Below, in pieces: positions 46,185 to 47,501 of a DNA stretch of 47,501 nucleotides. The notes under the pieces are model-generated. The model had not been told where the DNA came from and ran no database searches. It saw only the letters and a list, made by a program, of their open reading frames with translations. The DNA lies in the NCBI GenBank assembly GCA_047617785.1, contig JBLGBK010000007.1:1-47501 (forward strand). Reading direction: 5' to 3'. Every line of letters begins with the position of its first letter. Position 1 is the stretch's first letter. The stretch comes from Colwellia polaris. Its GTDB lineage: Archaea; Nanohalarchaeota; Nanosalinia; Nanosalinales; Nanosalinaceae. The translations under genes were made by a program, and so were the position numbers.

Positions 46185-47366
46185 TTAATGGTTGTCTAGG
46201 TACTGTGTTACGATAAAATGTAACGTGCCTATTGTGGCTGAAATTGTAACGATGTAAAGCCATATTTCGCTTCCTAAGAAGAATAGGCTCCCGACCACTA
46301 CAGGAGCTGTTGTGGCGCCGATATTTTGCATCATTGAATTTGTAGTTGCGGCTCCTGCTCTATTTTTACCTTCTACGCTTTGGTTGATTAAGCTTTTTTG
46401 TATGGGTGCAAAAATTGAGTCCAGTATTCCATATAAGAGCATAGCCAGTAATACTAGATGTATTGAACTTGTGAACGCTATTAATAAAGTGGATAAACCT
46501 ATAAGAATTAAGGAAAAGGGTAGAGATTTGCTTCCTAATTTTTCATCAATGAGACCTGCGGAAATAGCAGGTATTATGCCTCCTAAACCTAACAAAGAAA
46601 TGTATAATCCTACTGTTCCTGAACTTATTGAGTAACGGGAAACTAAAAGCAATGGGACGTATGTAATTATGCTGAACTTAATGAACATTCTGATAAATCC
46701 TAGAAATAGGTAGGAATTGATATTTGGTCTTTTGATTACTGTTTTCATTTCTCTTAAATACTCAGATACATCTCGCCTCTCCGCATTATTTTGATAAGAG
46801 GGTACTTTGTAGTAGAAAATGATGCCTATAGGAATGAAAACTATGTAAGCAAGGAATGGCGTATTCCAACCTAATACTGCAAGAAGACCTCCTGCTATAG
46901 GCCAGATAACGTCTCCTATTTTGTTAGAGACGTCTCTAAAACCTTGAGCTTGTGACTGCTTAGATCCTGGATAAAGATCTCCTAAAACTGTAACTGTAAG
47001 AGGCATTACTCCTGCAAATCCGATACCCTGAATTACTCTTAAAACAAGTACTTGAATCAGGCTATTAGCGAAAAAGGTGAAGGTCCCTGATAAACCCATT
47101 AATAAAGATCCTAGGAGCATAATTTTCGCTCTTCCAATGTTATCGGACAAATAACCTGCAAAAGGCAAAATAAAGATGGAGGGAAGTGTAAATAAAGTTA
47201 TCACTAAACCAATCTGGCTATCAGATACTGCTAATCCTTCAGCTATCGTTGGTAAAGCGGGAGAAATCAGATTTATTCCAGATATACAAAGAAAGCTTCC
47301 AGCTGCTAAAAGAACAAGTATTCTGTCGTTTAGGAGTTCTTTAGTGTCTGAAATCCACTTTTCCAT
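46185..47366 (-). CDS. MFS transporter (drug:H+ antiporter-like, ~12 TM)
   Basis: PALPTI, motif A GYLSDNIGR, RVIQGIG; start set at 47366 because the longer ORF overlaps the tRNA. Confidence 0.92.
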   Translation of the reverse strand: MEKWISDTKELLNDRILVLLAAGSFLCISGINLISPALPTIAEGLAVSDSQIGLVITLFTLPSIFILPFAGYLSDNIGRAKIMLLGSLLMGLSGTFTFFANSLIQVLVLRVIQGIGFAGVMPLTVTVLGDLYPGSKQSQAQGFRDVSNKIGDVIWPIAGGLLAVLGWNTPFLAYIVFIPIGIIFYYKVPSYQNNAERRDVSEYLREMKTVIKRPNINSYLFLGFIRMFIKFSIITYVPLLLVSRYSISSGTVGLYISLLGLGGIIPAISAGLIDEKLGSKSLPFSLILIGLSTLLIAFTSSIHLVLLAMLLYGILDSIFAPIQKSLINQSVEGKNRAGAATTNSMMQNIGATTAPVVVGSLFFLGSEIWLYIVTISATIGTLHFIVTQYLDNH

Positions 47367-47374
47367 GATATATT

Positions 47375-47447
47375 TAGCCCCCGCAGGATTCGAACCTGCG
47401 TCGAGAGGGCCAGGGCCTCTCATGATTGACCACTACACCAGGGGGCT
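47375..47447 (-). tRNA. tRNA-Gln(CTG) with atypical C33
   Basis: AGCCCCC/GGGGGCT acceptor (A1-U72), AGAGG-CCCTGGC-CCTCT anticodon arm, GCAGG-TTCGAAT-CCTGC T arm. Confidence 0.9.
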
Positions 47448-47501
47448 GTCTCCTGTATAGTTCTTATAGAAGGCTAATTTTTTTATTGAGAAAGGGTGAG
47501 A

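Noticed and set aside
47367-47423. 19-aa N-terminal extension of the MFS ORF
   Set aside because: Lies inside tRNA-Gln(CTG); ATG 47366 is the plausible start
1-47501. Many antisense or nested ORFs of 60-160 aa (e.g. 11268-11756, 4366-4791, 34434-34886)
   Set aside because: Ser/Phe/Leu-rich shadows of Glu/Lys-rich genes on the opposite strand, with no motifs
1-47501. CRISPR arrays, IS elements, integrases, proviral genes
   Set aside because: No spaced repeats, terminal inverted repeats or recombinase/capsid motifs seen

Overview
A compact, gene-dense archaeal window with moderate GC and a strongly acidic (D/E-rich) proteome. It carries archaeal-type TrpRS, PheRS, Pth2, TruD and Rpo3-S11-S4-S13, and tRNA-Gln genes with an A1-U72 pair. 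This is most consistent with a halophilic DPANN archaeon (Nanohaloarchaeota; inference). Housekeeping genes flank four notable blocks. (1) trpB-trpA-trpS with no other trp genes in the window. (2) A signalling cluster of three KaiC/RAD55 domains, one fused to an MglA-like GTPase, plus a Roadblock/MglB protein. (3) A glycosylation and thiol-redox cluster. (4) A ~16 kb cell-surface locus (24165-40200). In it a probably abundant secreted subunit with a long structured 5' leader shares a pilin-like domain with a larger anchorless protein. It is accompanied by membrane-anchored Ig-like proteins, a DUF916/WxLIP-like protein and an embedded MoxR-DUF58-vWA module. This locus is the best candidate for an undescribed system, possibly a non-type-IV filament or adhesion apparatus. 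Also present: three tRNAs (one with C33), a likely box C/D sRNA and a second structured ncRNA candidate. No CRISPR array, integrase or transposase was seen. All family calls come from motif recognition by eye; no searches were run.
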